Source: a virus. Taken from it: DNA of 14,415 nucleotides. The DNA is taken from the UHGV virus genome UHGV-0068976; one strand, written 5' to 3'. The position numbers were made by a program, and so were the translations under genes. The notes beneath the pieces were generated by a model, which ran no database searches, had not been told where the DNA came from, and saw nothing but the letters and a program-made list of their open reading frames with translations. Position 1 is the first letter of the stretch; the number at the start of each line of letters is the position of its first letter. Of the stretch, positions 1 through 6,825 are shown piece after piece.

Positions 1-26
1 GTTAACTAACCTAATGATATTTATAA

Positions 27-1322
27 TTAATAACCATCCGATCCCACAGCGTGGGGCATGGATGGGGCAAACTCACTCAATTTCTGGTTGAGGATGAGTA
101 CCTGGTCCTGGCTATTTTCAGCCATCCAGGATCCGTACACCCGGTAAACCATTTGCGCGTCGGTGTGACCCATTTGCTTCGCGATGAAGTTCGGGTTGGC
201 ACCGGCAGCTAATGACCAGCATGCATACGTGTGTCGGGACTGGTATGCTCTGCGATAGCGAATCCCGGCGCGTCGCATTGCCGCCTCCCATGACTGGTTA
301 ATCGACCCCACAGCGTAATGATGCCCGGCACGGCCATTACGTGTAACGATCTGCGGGTTGAACACGAACGTGCACGGATGCACATCAGTGCGACCATACT
401 CGCGTAGTTTCACCTCAACCTGATACTGCTTACCCAGACGCGTTAATTCAGCCTGACTTTTCAGCACGTCGACCGCTGGTTGAATCAGGTTAATGACACG
501 GTCCGTCCCGGCCTCTGTTTTCGGAAGGGTGAACTCCTTCGTTAACGTGTGGTTCCGGCGGATCATCATCGTACCGGCTTTCAGGTCGATATCTTCCCAC
601 GCCAGCGAAACCAGTTCGCCGTGTCGCACACCGGTGTACACCGCCAGCGACCACATGTTTTTCAGCTGCTGAGTAGAACAGGCGTTTACCATTCTCACGA
701 ACTCCTCGCGCGTCAGCGGATCGGGTTCGCAACGGGAACGCTTCAGAAGGGCGATCCCCGCAAATGGGTTCGTCCGGACATAGCCGCTGTCGAAGGCGAA
801 CTTAAACATCCCATTCATCGTCTTCATATAGTTGTTGACCGTTCTGACGGAGCGGCCCTTAACCGGTGTTTTCTGTCCTGTCTTCAGGGTGTGATAACCG
901 GTCAGCAATTCCTTCCTGATAAACAGCATGTCTTCCTGCGTCACAGCAGAAACAAGCCTGTCCCCGCCAATCCTCGGCACCATATTGCGCGCTATAGATG
1001 CATAGCGCGACATTGCGTTGGTGCTGATCTCCATGCGTTTCAACTCAAGCCATTTATTCGCCAGATCCAGAACGGTGATTTCCTTACTCTCCACCCCAAA
1101 TCTTCGCAGGTTCGGTGAGTCCGGGAACTGGGCGGCATAGTTGAAGTTTCCGGTCTTTATCGAAAAGCACACCGACGCGCGCAGTTCGCCAGCGACCTTT
1201 CTGTTTTTTGGTGTATCCGGTACGCCGAGGCTTTCACGCACCCGGATACCTTTATAGATGAACCATACACGCAGCGTGCCGCCGTGGTTCTCCACGCCTG
1301 TTGGGTATGCTGACTTAGCCAT
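27..1322 (-). CDS. int: Phage integrase, tyrosine recombinase family
   Basis: 431-aa ORF. Start ATG at 1320-1322 is preceded by a strong SD (GGAGG). C-terminal half carries tyrosine-recombinase catalytic-type residues (GVRHGEL, QSRHTYACW, VYRVYGSW). Sits at the end of the leftward operon immediately downstream of an excisionase-like gene, the usual int-xis arrangement. Confidence 0.9.
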   Translation of the reverse strand: MAKSAYPTGVENHGGTLRVWFIYKGIRVRESLGVPDTPKNRKVAGELRASVCFSIKTGNFNYAAQFPDSPNLRRFGVESKEITVLDLANKWLELKRMEISTNAMSRYASIARNMVPRIGGDRLVSAVTQEDMLFIRKELLTGYHTLKTGQKTPVKGRSVRTVNNYMKTMNGMFKFAFDSGYVRTNPFAGIALLKRSRCEPDPLTREEFVRMVNACSTQQLKNMWSLAVYTGVRHGELVSLAWEDIDLKAGTMMIRRNHTLTKEFTLPKTEAGTDRVINLIQPAVDVLKSQAELTRLGKQYQVEVKLREYGRTDVHPCTFVFNPQIVTRNGRAGHHYAVGSINQSWEAAMRRAGIRYRRAYQSRHTYACWSLAAGANPNFIAKQMGHTDAQMVYRVYGSWMAENSQDQVLILNQKLSEFAPSMPHAVGSDGY

Positions 1323-1367
1323 TATTCCCTCCTGACGTCCAAGAGCACGCTAAGCATAAACGGATCT

Positions 1368-1613
1368 TCATTGGCGCGCACCTGGCTGTTTCTTTTTGAG
1401 GCTTTCAACCCACTGATCGACAGCCTTACGGTTATACATGCATTCGCTAGACGGCTTTGGGTTTCCATCTGGTGCAACGTGAAGGTATTCTCTCCCGACC
1501 ATCCATGACTTTCTGCGCGCCGCCTCAATGGTTCCTGGGCGGAGGCCAGTAATCTCTATCAGTTTTTGCTCAGTCACCCAGTCATTGGGAACGATTAAAT
1601 TAATTTCGCTCAT
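1368..1613 (-). CDS. xis: Excisionase-like protein (small DNA-binding Xis)
   Basis: 81-aa product beginning MSEINLIVPNDWVTEQKLIEITGLRPGTIEAARRK, which resembles the excisionase family of lambdoid prophages. Start ATG at 1611-1613 has SD GGAGA upstream. Lies directly upstream of int on the same strand. A longer form starting at 1643 (10 extra residues) is possible. Confidence 0.7.
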   Translation of the reverse strand: MSEINLIVPNDWVTEQKLIEITGLRPGTIEAARRKSWMVGREYLHVAPDGNPKPSSECMYNRKAVDQWVESLKKKQPGARQ

Positions 1614-1642
1614 GGTTATCTCCAGGCAAAAAGAAACCGCCA

Positions 1643-1810
1643 TCAGGCGGCTTGGTGTTCTTTCAGTTCTTCAATTCGAATATTGGTTACGTCTGCATGT
1701 GCTATCTGCGCCCACAGCATCCAGTGGTCATAGCAGTCGCTGATGTTCTCGGCTTCGATAACTCTGTTGAATGGTTCTCCATTCCATTCACCTGTAACTC
1801 GGAAGTGCAT
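1643..1810 (-). CDS. Hypothetical small protein (55 aa)
   Basis: Open frame translated by hand (MHFRVTGEWNGEPFNRVIEAENISDCYDHWMLWAQIAHADVTNIRIEELKEHQAA). Its stop overlaps an in-frame-shifted ATG at 1641-1643 as TGATG. No convincing SD; below the ORF-track length cutoff. Confidence 0.3.
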   Translation of the reverse strand: MHFRVTGEWNGEPFNRVIEAENISDCYDHWMLWAQIAHADVTNIRIEELKEHQAA

Positions 1811-1830
1811 TTATCATCGCCATAAAACAA

Positions 1831-1878
1831 AACTCGCCGTAGCGAGTTCAGATAAAAGAAATCCCCGCGAGTGCGAGG
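1831..1878 (-). terminator. Two tandem hairpins with U-rich tails downstream of the 1899..2180 gene (candidate intrinsic terminators)
   Basis: On the minus strand: CCUCGC-ACUC-GCGGGG (one G.U pair) followed by AUUUCUUUUAU, then AACUCGC-UACG-GCGAGUU followed by UUGUUUUAU. Both lie just 3' of the Cys-rich orphan gene. Confidence 0.35.
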
Positions 1879-1898
1879 ATAGTTACTTGTTCATATTA

Positions 1899-2180
1899 TT
1901 AATCGTCAATGTATTTTGAGCATTGTGGGCAATCATCGATCCCACAATACGATTCATATGCATCCTTTATTGCGTCGCGGGCTTCAGTAAGAGTATTGAA
2001 TAAGTTGCAGCTATTATCTTTTTGATATAGGTAAGTTCCTAATTTATAAGCAGAAGAAGCATCATTTCCGCTGTCTAAAATTACATCGTTATGGATTCTG
2101 CACCTTGCAAGAACTCCTGATCCCATAAGGGTCTGCATAGCCCATTGCTCTTGATCTTCACACAAATCATGAATGCTCAT
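1899..2180 (-). CDS. Hypothetical Cys-rich small protein (93 aa), orphan moron-like gene
   Basis: ORF with likely start MSIHDL at 2178-2180 preceded by GAGAGGTG. Local sequence is markedly AT-rich by eye compared with flanking phage genes. Has its own downstream hairpins and a TATAAT-containing AT-rich upstream region (2200-2294). C-terminus has CGIDDCPQC (C-x4-C-x2-C). Confidence 0.55.
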   Translation of the reverse strand: MSIHDLCEDQEQWAMQTLMGSGVLARCRIHNDVILDSGNDASSAYKLGTYLYQKDNSCNLFNTLTEARDAIKDAYESYCGIDDCPQCSKYIDD

Positions 2181-2294
2181 TTCAACACCTCTCTTCACGT
2201 TTCACACACGTTAAGATTAACAGTGTTTTTACATGCTTTGGAAGATTTATTTTATAAAAACTCTTTTAATACAAATAGATATAATAGTTCACTA

Positions 2295-3017
2295 TTATAG
2301 CTCCTTTAATCGAGGCGGTTCTGGTAGAGGCATCCAGTGGGTTACACCGCCAATTGGCTCATCGTCGTCGTACTCCAATGCGGCTATATAGAACCCGTCA
2401 CGACGAGAATAAGAAATCCCGGACATTACAATGCCATCCGAAACAACAATAATGTCACCCGTTTCTTTCGGCATTCGCTCACTACAGCTTATCCAACCAT
2501 CCGGAGTTACCGGAGAGTTGCCATTTACATCGAAGTTTGGCTCTGCGTCCTGAACCAGGAGGATGTAACCATTCTTGGCAGTATCAAGTTCCGACGCCTC
2601 GGTGACGGTGCCGAAATAGCGATTACCTAAATCAGCATCACAAGTACTTACATCAATGGAAACTTCCATGCCTTCGATTAATTCTGGCAAGTTGTAAGCT
2701 TGGCTTACAGGTTCGGCTTCCAGTTCTGCAATGCGCTTTTTTGCTGCTTCCAGTTCATCCAGTAATTCCAGCACGGTAGCTGGATTGGCTGCGGCGATGA
2801 ATTCAGCATTGGCCTGCTGTTCCATTTGGAAATCTTCATCGAAGCCGCTTTCTGGATGCGCTCCTTCAATTCTGCAAATGGGAATATATCCAGCAATTTC
2901 ACGATGAATTAGCGCATCATCACAATCAAATCGGCTCTCTCCATATTCGAGCGACCACACCCCACACGTTGCTTTTTCTGCCTTAGCACGCAGTGCCTGA
3001 TAGTCAATTTCGCTCAC
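2295..3017 (-). CDS. Ea22-like protein with C-terminal DUF551-like domain
   Basis: Long ORF. Most plausible start is GTG at 3015-3017, 6 nt after a consensus SD (AAGGAGG), giving [16 protein letters not shown]. Central coiled-coil-like [20 protein letters not shown]-terminal [11 protein letters not shown]...[10 protein letters not shown] resembles DUF551 as recalled. The ORF track's upstream GTG at 3038 is the alternative start. Confidence 0.75.
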   Translation of the reverse strand: MSEIDYQALRAKAEKATCGVWSLEYGESRFDCDDALIHREIAGYIPICRIEGAHPESGFDEDFQMEQQANAEFIAAANPATVLELLDELEAAKKRIAELEAEPVSQAYNLPELIEGMEVSIDVSTCDADLGNRYFGTVTEASELDTAKNGYILLVQDAEPNFDVNGNSPVTPDGWISCSERMPKETGDIIVVSDGIVMSGISYSRRDGFYIAALEYDDDEPIGGVTHWMPLPEPPRLKEL

Positions 3018-3199
3018 TGTTTGCCTCCTTTGCGCCACATCGCATTCAGATATTTGTTTTGATTCACTGATGGAAAAGAATTTCTCTTAAGCAATTCCTC
3101 TCTCGATGGCATTGGCTTTACGCGTTGGCGAATAATCATTTCTGCCGGAAGAATGCCGGGATTGTATGCAAGTCCTCTCATGGTAAATTCCTCAGTCAT
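3014..3199 (-). CDS. Hypothetical small protein (61 aa)
   Basis: ATG at 3197-3199 overlaps the stop of the upstream 97-aa gene; its own stop overlaps the GTG start of the Ea22-like gene (GTGA). The chain of couplings is the main support; no recognised motif. Confidence 0.4.
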   Translation of the reverse strand: MTEEFTMRGLAYNPGILPAEMIIRQRVKPMPSREELLKRNSFPSVNQNKYLNAMWRKGGKQ

Positions 3200-3485
3200 T
3201 ACTGATAGCGCCATAGCGTGATCGATAATTACGCAGGCGCGGGTCAATTTCAGGGAAGTGGGTATATGTGGCTTTGCGGAACGGTCGGATTGATGTCTGG
3301 TAAATTCGCTCGCGTTCTTCTTTCTCTGCAAGCCATATACAATGACGAAATTCCTTTTCCTCTTTCGTTTCCTGCGGTAGCGACATTATCAGGTCATAGT
3401 TTTTTCTGAATTTATCCAGCACCTCCGATACGGAATTGCCGGAACAGCGGCGCGGGTCATCCGCACCATACATAGGCGCTGGCAT
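3192..3485 (-). CDS. Hypothetical protein (97 aa)
   Basis: ORF with ATG at 3483-3485 preceded by SD AGGAGA at about 5 nt. Located directly downstream of the exonuclease gene in the same operon. No motif recognised. Confidence 0.6.
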   Translation of the reverse strand: MPAPMYGADDPRRCSGNSVSEVLDKFRKNYDLIMSLPQETKEEKEFRHCIWLAEKEERERIYQTSIRPFRKATYTHFPEIDPRLRNYRSRYGAISND

Positions 3486-3501
3486 GTTTTTCTCCTGTTG
3501 A

Positions 3502-4050
3502 TTATTTAGCTAATTTTTTCCAGATTGCTGAAACGTATTTGGCTTGGTGGATGGCATCATCAAGCGCGTTGTGGCGAGTTCCTTTGAATGGCATATCTCG
3601 CTTAGGGTCGAATCCTATTACCTTTCCAAGCTCGACGATTGTTCTTACGTCGCGGTCATTCCACCACTGCCACGGAACTGGCCACCCTGTCAGCGAATAA
3701 CTGTTTCGGAGAATAACGCAGTCAAATGATGCTCCATTCCCCCAAACCTGAACGAATTTGTGGTTAGCGTTCTTTATGATGAATTCAGATAACCATGAAA
3801 GAGCCGTTGAAAGCTCCTGAGCGTTGCTGGTTAGCGATTTTCTGGCTTCTTCACTCTGTTCCAGCCACCATAAAATCGTTGAAGCGTCAGGACGCGCCCG
3901 ATATCGCATTGATGACTCAAGCGAGATATTTACCGAGAACTCTTCTCCTGTTTCTCCGGTATTCGGGTCAAAGAATACCGCCCCAATAGAAATAACTGGC
4001 GCGTATGGCCCGTTGCCCATTGTTTCAAGGTCAACCATCAAGTGATTCAT
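3502..4050 (-). CDS. DnaQ-like (DEDDh) 3'-5' exonuclease
   Basis: 182-aa ORF. Exo I-type motif MVDLETMG near the N-terminus and H-x4-D Exo III-type motif (HNALDDAIH) near the C-terminus. Start ATG 8 nt after the ssb stop with AAGGA in between. Confidence 0.8.
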   Translation of the reverse strand: MNHLMVDLETMGNGPYAPVISIGAVFFDPNTGETGEEFSVNISLESSMRYRARPDASTILWWLEQSEEARKSLTSNAQELSTALSWLSEFIIKNANHKFVQVWGNGASFDCVILRNSYSLTGWPVPWQWWNDRDVRTIVELGKVIGFDPKRDMPFKGTRHNALDDAIHQAKYVSAIWKKLAK

Positions 4051-4058
4051 GTAAGTCC

Positions 4059-4565
4059 TTAAATTGCGTGAATAGCGTGACGAGGGAAGGGGAGAGTTAC
4101 TGGTGCAAAGGGTATATCGTCGTCAAAATCCATCGGAGGTTCGTTGTGTTGTGCTGGTGATGATTGCTGCTGTGGCTTCTGTGATTGCCTGCTGGCTGCT
4201 TGTTGTTTGCTGTCGCCAATGCCGCCAAGCATCTGCATCACGCCATTAATTCCGACATGAACCTCGGTTGTGTAACGGTCTTGCCCTGACTGGTCTTTCC
4301 ACTTTCTGGTTCTCAGCATTCCCTCGAAATAAATCTGATCACCTTTTTTCACATACTGCCCCACGACCTCAGCCAGTTTCCCGGATACAGCAACACGATG
4401 CCATTCAGTCAATTCCTTTTGCTCGCCAGTATTTTTATCTCGCCATTGTTCTGACGTGGCTATTGTCAGGTTAGCGAACGCTGTTCCTGATGGTGAGTAT
4501 CGAACTTCCGGGTCTTGTCCTACCCGACCAAGGATAATCACCTTATTTACGCCTCTGCTTGCCAT
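4059..4565 (-). CDS. ssb: Single-stranded DNA-binding protein (SSB) with extended C-terminus
   Basis: N-terminal OB-fold region is a close match to bacterial SSB as recalled ([44 protein letters not shown]...), followed by a Q/P/S-rich linker and the acidic tip MDFDDDIPF. The frame continues 15 more codons ([15 protein letters not shown]) to TAA at 4059-4061. ATG at 4563-4565 directly abuts the upstream gene's TAA. Confidence 0.92.
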   Translation of the reverse strand: MASRGVNKVIILGRVGQDPEVRYSPSGTAFANLTIATSEQWRDKNTGEQKELTEWHRVAVSGKLAEVVGQYVKKGDQIYFEGMLRTRKWKDQSGQDRYTTEVHVGINGVMQMLGGIGDSKQQAASRQSQKPQQQSSPAQHNEPPMDFDDDIPFAPVTLPFPRHAIHAI

Positions 4566-5273
4566 TTATGCCGCCTGTTTTAGTTCGTTAACTCTGATGT
4601 TCATTATCTGAACGCATTTAGCCTGCGCCTCCTCGTTGCCAGCCATTAATTGCCAGTCACGCTGATAACGCTCGATGAGTTTTTTCTTGTCAGTTTCTGT
4701 TGACGCATAATCGCTGAAGTCTTTCAGGATTTGTTCGCAGTCAACCGATGGAGATTTCTGGTTGGTATTTTCTGGTGATGGTTTGTTATCTGATGCTGGG
4801 ATTGCCCATCCCGGAAGCGATGGAGGGAGCCAGTAAAATCCTGTTCCATCCTTCAGTTTTGCCCTGTGCCACCCCTGCTTTTTATCGAGAGATGTTTGTG
4901 CGAAACCTTCCTCAAGGTTATACAGATACCGACCGATTCCCCACTGAACGGCAGCGCGCTTCATTGCACCGGAACGACCACCTTTGACGGCTTCTACCTG
5001 CGTGTTTTCAGCAGCATCCCATTTGGTTACCCATTCGGAATCAATCTTTATTGATATGCCGCATTCAACGCCGCCGTTGTTGGGAATATCGCGGTATTCA
5101 TTGCGCCATCCTGCTTTGCCGCAAACATCGTCCAGGCGTTTCATGATTGCCCGGTTCGTGACATAAGCCAGCACCATAGCCCACACCTTGCCATCGCGTG
5201 TTTTACCGCTTTGCTGTATTCGCCATTCGATATCTTCAGGGCTGAATGGCTCATCGAATTTGTTCAAATCCAT
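4566..5273 (-). CDS. Single-strand annealing protein, Rad52/Erf-like recombinase
   Basis: 235-aa ORF immediately upstream of ssb and the exonuclease (TAA-ATG junction). N-terminal region (GKVWAMVLAYVTNRAIMKRLDDVCGKAGWRNEY) resembles Rad52/Sak-type annealing proteins as recalled; C-terminal tail (ETDKKKLIERYQRDWQLMAGNEEAQAKCVQIMNIRVNELKQAA) resembles the C-terminus of P22 Erf as recalled. SD GAGGTGA precedes the start. Confidence 0.75.
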   Translation of the reverse strand: MDLNKFDEPFSPEDIEWRIQQSGKTRDGKVWAMVLAYVTNRAIMKRLDDVCGKAGWRNEYRDIPNNGGVECGISIKIDSEWVTKWDAAENTQVEAVKGGRSGAMKRAAVQWGIGRYLYNLEEGFAQTSLDKKQGWHRAKLKDGTGFYWLPPSLPGWAIPASDNKPSPENTNQKSPSVDCEQILKDFSDYASTETDKKKLIERYQRDWQLMAGNEEAQAKCVQIMNIRVNELKQAA

Positions 5274-5281
5274 AATTCACC

Positions 5282-5452
5282 TCAGAATGGACAATGCCCA
5301 AGGAAATAACGCTGATTTAATACTTCGACTCGGGACAAATTAAGGCATACCCGCATTCCTTCGCGGTCACCATTATGGCGATACCAGAGAGCTTTCTGCG
5401 TGTACATGCGTCTCTGTAACTTGCTCTCCTTCACTGTGGTTGCAAGTGACAT
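5282..5452 (-). CDS. Hypothetical small protein (56 aa), kil-position ORF
   Basis: Hand-translated ORF (MSLATTVKESKLQRRMYTQKALWYRHNGDREGMRVCLNLSRVEVLNQRYFLGHCPF) with SD GGAGAT upstream. Overlaps the 5373..5531 ORF in another frame, so only one of the two may be real. Confidence 0.3.
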   Translation of the reverse strand: MSLATTVKESKLQRRMYTQKALWYRHNGDREGMRVCLNLSRVEVLNQRYFLGHCPF

Positions 5453-5531
5453 GAATATCTCCTTCGTTACCGATTAATTCTTTCATCTGACGAATGAATT
5501 CTTCGTCTGACCAGTTATCTGTAAAACTCAT
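5373..5531 (-). CDS. Hypothetical small acidic protein (52 aa), kil-position ORF
   Basis: Hand-translated ORF (MSFTDNWSDEEFIRQMKELIGNEGDIHVTCNHSEGEQVTETHVHAESSLVSP). Its ATG overlaps the stop of the upstream 50-aa ORF as ATGA. Overlaps 5282..5452 in another frame. Confidence 0.3.
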   Translation of the reverse strand: MSFTDNWSDEEFIRQMKELIGNEGDIHVTCNHSEGEQVTETHVHAESSLVSP

Positions 5532-5680
5532 TTCCTGCGATACCACGGAAGGTTGATAGCTGATTTCATCGCTTTATTTGCTTCAAGCCACATTTTTGAA
5601 TCACCAATAAATCTGGCTATTACTGCTTTGTTTTGTGCCGCACGAAGCATCTGGTGATTGATGGCTATTTCATTGCGCAT
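5528..5680 (-). CDS. Hypothetical small protein (50 aa)
   Basis: Hand-translated ORF (MRNEIAINHQMLRAAQNKAVIARFIGDSKMWLEANKAMKSAINLPWYRRK). ATG at 5678-5680 preceded by GGAGG; stop overlaps the next ATG (ATGA). Confidence 0.4.
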   Translation of the reverse strand: MRNEIAINHQMLRAAQNKAVIARFIGDSKMWLEANKAMKSAINLPWYRRK

Positions 5681-5799
5681 AACGCCTCCAGTTGTTTCTT
5701 TGCTGCTCTGATTAATTGTTTAACTCGGCGTGATAATTCAGATTCGTGCGGGTAGAAAGCGGACATGACGCCGCTACCCGCGAGCTGAAAGTGCATCAT
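5665..5799 (-). CDS. cIII: cIII-like small protein (candidate FtsH-inhibitor / CII stabiliser)
   Basis: 44-aa product MMHFQLAGSGVMSAFYPHESELSRRVKQLIRAAKKQLEALCAMK. N-terminal pattern and the following basic amphipathic segment resemble lambda CIII as recalled. SD AGGAG 6 nt upstream of tandem ATGs at 5794-5799. Position between the N operon and the recombination genes matches lambda. Confidence 0.5.
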   Translation of the reverse strand: MMHFQLAGSGVMSAFYPHESELSRRVKQLIRAAKKQLEALCAMK

Positions 5800-5864
5800 G
5801 GGTAACTCCTTATATTTGATTGCATAACGAAAACGCCTCGAGTGAAGCGTTATTGGTATGCATA

Positions 5865-5888
5865 TAAAAAAGCCCTCACACTGGAGGG
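5865..5888 (-). terminator. Intrinsic terminator-like hairpin (tL-type) between the N-proximal genes and cIII
   Basis: Minus-strand RNA: GCCCUC-CAGUGU-GAGGGC followed by UUUUUU (plus-strand A-run 5865-5870). A perfect 6-bp GC-rich stem with a U-tract. Confidence 0.55.
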
Positions 5889-6017
5889 CAAAGAAGATTT
5901 CCAATAATCAGAACAAGTCGGCTCCTGTTTAGTTACGAGCGACATTGCTCCGTGTATTCACTCGTTGGAATGAATACACAGTGCAGTGTTTATTCTGTTG
6001 CTTATTCCAAAGCAAAT

Positions 6018-6260
6018 TTAACCATCAACAAACTCTTCTGGTAATTTATCAACCAGTTGATGACTTATTATCAGCCATTTGCCATCCTTCGTTTCGTATG
6101 CATATTTCTGGTCTTTTATCATCATGTGTTCGGCTACTGCCCTAACTGCCTGATCGGTGACATCTTCTCTCTTTCCTACCCACATTCCTTTTTCAGTGTT
6201 TAATGTTCCTTGAAAAATACGACCGCTTAATGGGCTTGCGCCCATAGTTTTTACTCTCAT
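6018..6260 (-). CDS. Hypothetical protein (80 aa)
   Basis: ORF in the N-cIII interval; ATG at 6258-6260. No recognised motif. Confidence 0.5.
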   Translation of the reverse strand: MRVKTMGASPLSGRIFQGTLNTEKGMWVGKREDVTDQAVRAVAEHMMIKDQKYAYETKDGKWLIISHQLVDKLPEEFVDG

Positions 6261-6324
6261 GTATCAGCTCTCAAATAAGTGGTTTGCTGCCAAAACAATG
6301 AACCATCCGGAAATTCCAGATAGT

Positions 6325-6549
6325 TCATAATTCACTCTTCAATACTTCCAACTTACTAATCGCCGATAGATATCCGCGCTGATAGGGCATCATCATTCCT
6401 TCGAGCTTGCCACTTCTTAACTCCTCCCTGAGCAATTGTATTGCTTGATCAATAACCTCTGACTTAGCGTCCTTTATGGCTTGCTTGCGGGGCTTTGCTT
6501 TCTGCTTTGGCAGATTTCTCAAGCATGATGGAATGTATGTCTGATTCAT
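6325..6549 (-). CDS. Hypothetical protein (74 aa)
   Basis: ORF starting 3 nt after the N stop (TAA GTG ATG) with GAGG upstream. Lys/Arg-rich N-terminal half. The ORF track's first codon is the GTG at 6550-6552. Confidence 0.5.
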   Translation of the reverse strand: MNQTYIPSCLRNLPKQKAKPRKQAIKDAKSEVIDQAIQLLREELRSGKLEGMMMPYQRGYLSAISKLEVLKSEL

Positions 6550-6552
6550 CAC

Positions 6553-6825
6553 TTACCTCGCTGTCAGTTGTTTTGATTTCCGGTATCCTGCCGCGTAAAG
6601 AGCTACGTTTGGCAGGCAAATACTTCCACTGCGTTCATCTTCTTCCTTACAGCGAAGGCTTCCGAGTGATGCTGCTTTATCTGCTCTGACGCAACCAGAG
6701 AGCTTTAGCGCAATTTTTCGCGCCAGTGCTTCATTACTGCGTCGCTCGGCAATAAGTTCTGCTCTGCGAGCTTTGTAGCGGCTTTTTGCCGTACCTTTGG
6801 ATTCTTTCCAGACAATGGTTACCAT
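6553..6825 (-). CDS. N: N-like transcription antitermination protein (P22 gp24-like)
   Basis: 90-aa product from ATG at 6823-6825 with SD AAGGAGA. N-terminal arginine-rich motif (GTAKSRYKARRAELIAERR) and C-terminal LPNVALYAAGYRKSKQLTAR, which closely resembles the C-terminus of the P22 N-like protein as recalled. Lies directly downstream of a boxA/boxB nut site and the pL/OL region. Confidence 0.8.
   Translation of the reverse strand: MVTIVWKESKGTAKSRYKARRAELIAERRSNEALARKIALKLSGCVRADKAASLGSLRCKEEDERSGSICLPNVALYAAGYRKSKQLTAR

Noticed and set aside
209-1118. ORFs 549..1118 (+), 490..732 (-) and 209..397 (-) lying inside the integrase gene
   Set aside because: They are embedded in or antisense to a well-supported 431-aa integrase ORF, lack ribosome-binding sites, and give low-complexity Arg/His-rich translations typical of off-frame reading of GC-rich coding DNA.
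1368-1643. Longer xis form starting at ATG 1641-1643 (MAVSFCLEITMSEINL...)
   Set aside because: The internal ATG at 1611-1613 has a clear SD (GGAGA) and gives the compact family-typical N-terminus. The upstream ATG has only a TGATG overlap with a doubtful small ORF, so it is kept as an alternative, not the primary call.
1322-1743. ORFs 1322..1528 (-) and 1528..1743 (+) around xis
   Set aside because: They overlap xis in other frames or antisense and have no start context; the excisionase frame is the one with a family-like sequence and an SD.
2337-2902. ORFs 2337..2630 (+) and 2705..2902 (-) within the Ea22-like gene
   Set aside because: Antisense or off-frame inside a long supported ORF; no start signals.
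3014-3331. Full-length 105-aa form of ORF 3014..3331 (-), and ORF 3218..3409 (+)
   Set aside because: The portion upstream of 3199 overlaps the better-supported 97-aa gene (3192..3485, with SD) in another frame, so only the distal 61 codons were kept. The plus-strand ORF is antisense to both.
3544-5166. Plus-strand ORFs 3544..3729, 3795..3989, 3824..4045, 4268..4474, 4748..4987, 4866..5054, 4984..5166
   Set aside because: All are antisense to the tightly packed exonuclease/ssb/annealing-protein genes, which have motif support; none has a credible start context.
5665-5904. 79-aa form of ORF 5665..5904 (-) starting MEIFFALQCEGFF
   Set aside because: This extended start would run through the terminator hairpin and second leader hairpin; the internal tandem ATGs at 5794-5799 have a proper SD and give the cIII-like 44-aa product.
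5945-6145. ORF 5945..6145 (+)
   Set aside because: Antisense to the 80-aa minus-strand gene and spanning the inverted repeat; no SD; Cys/Leu-rich low-complexity translation.
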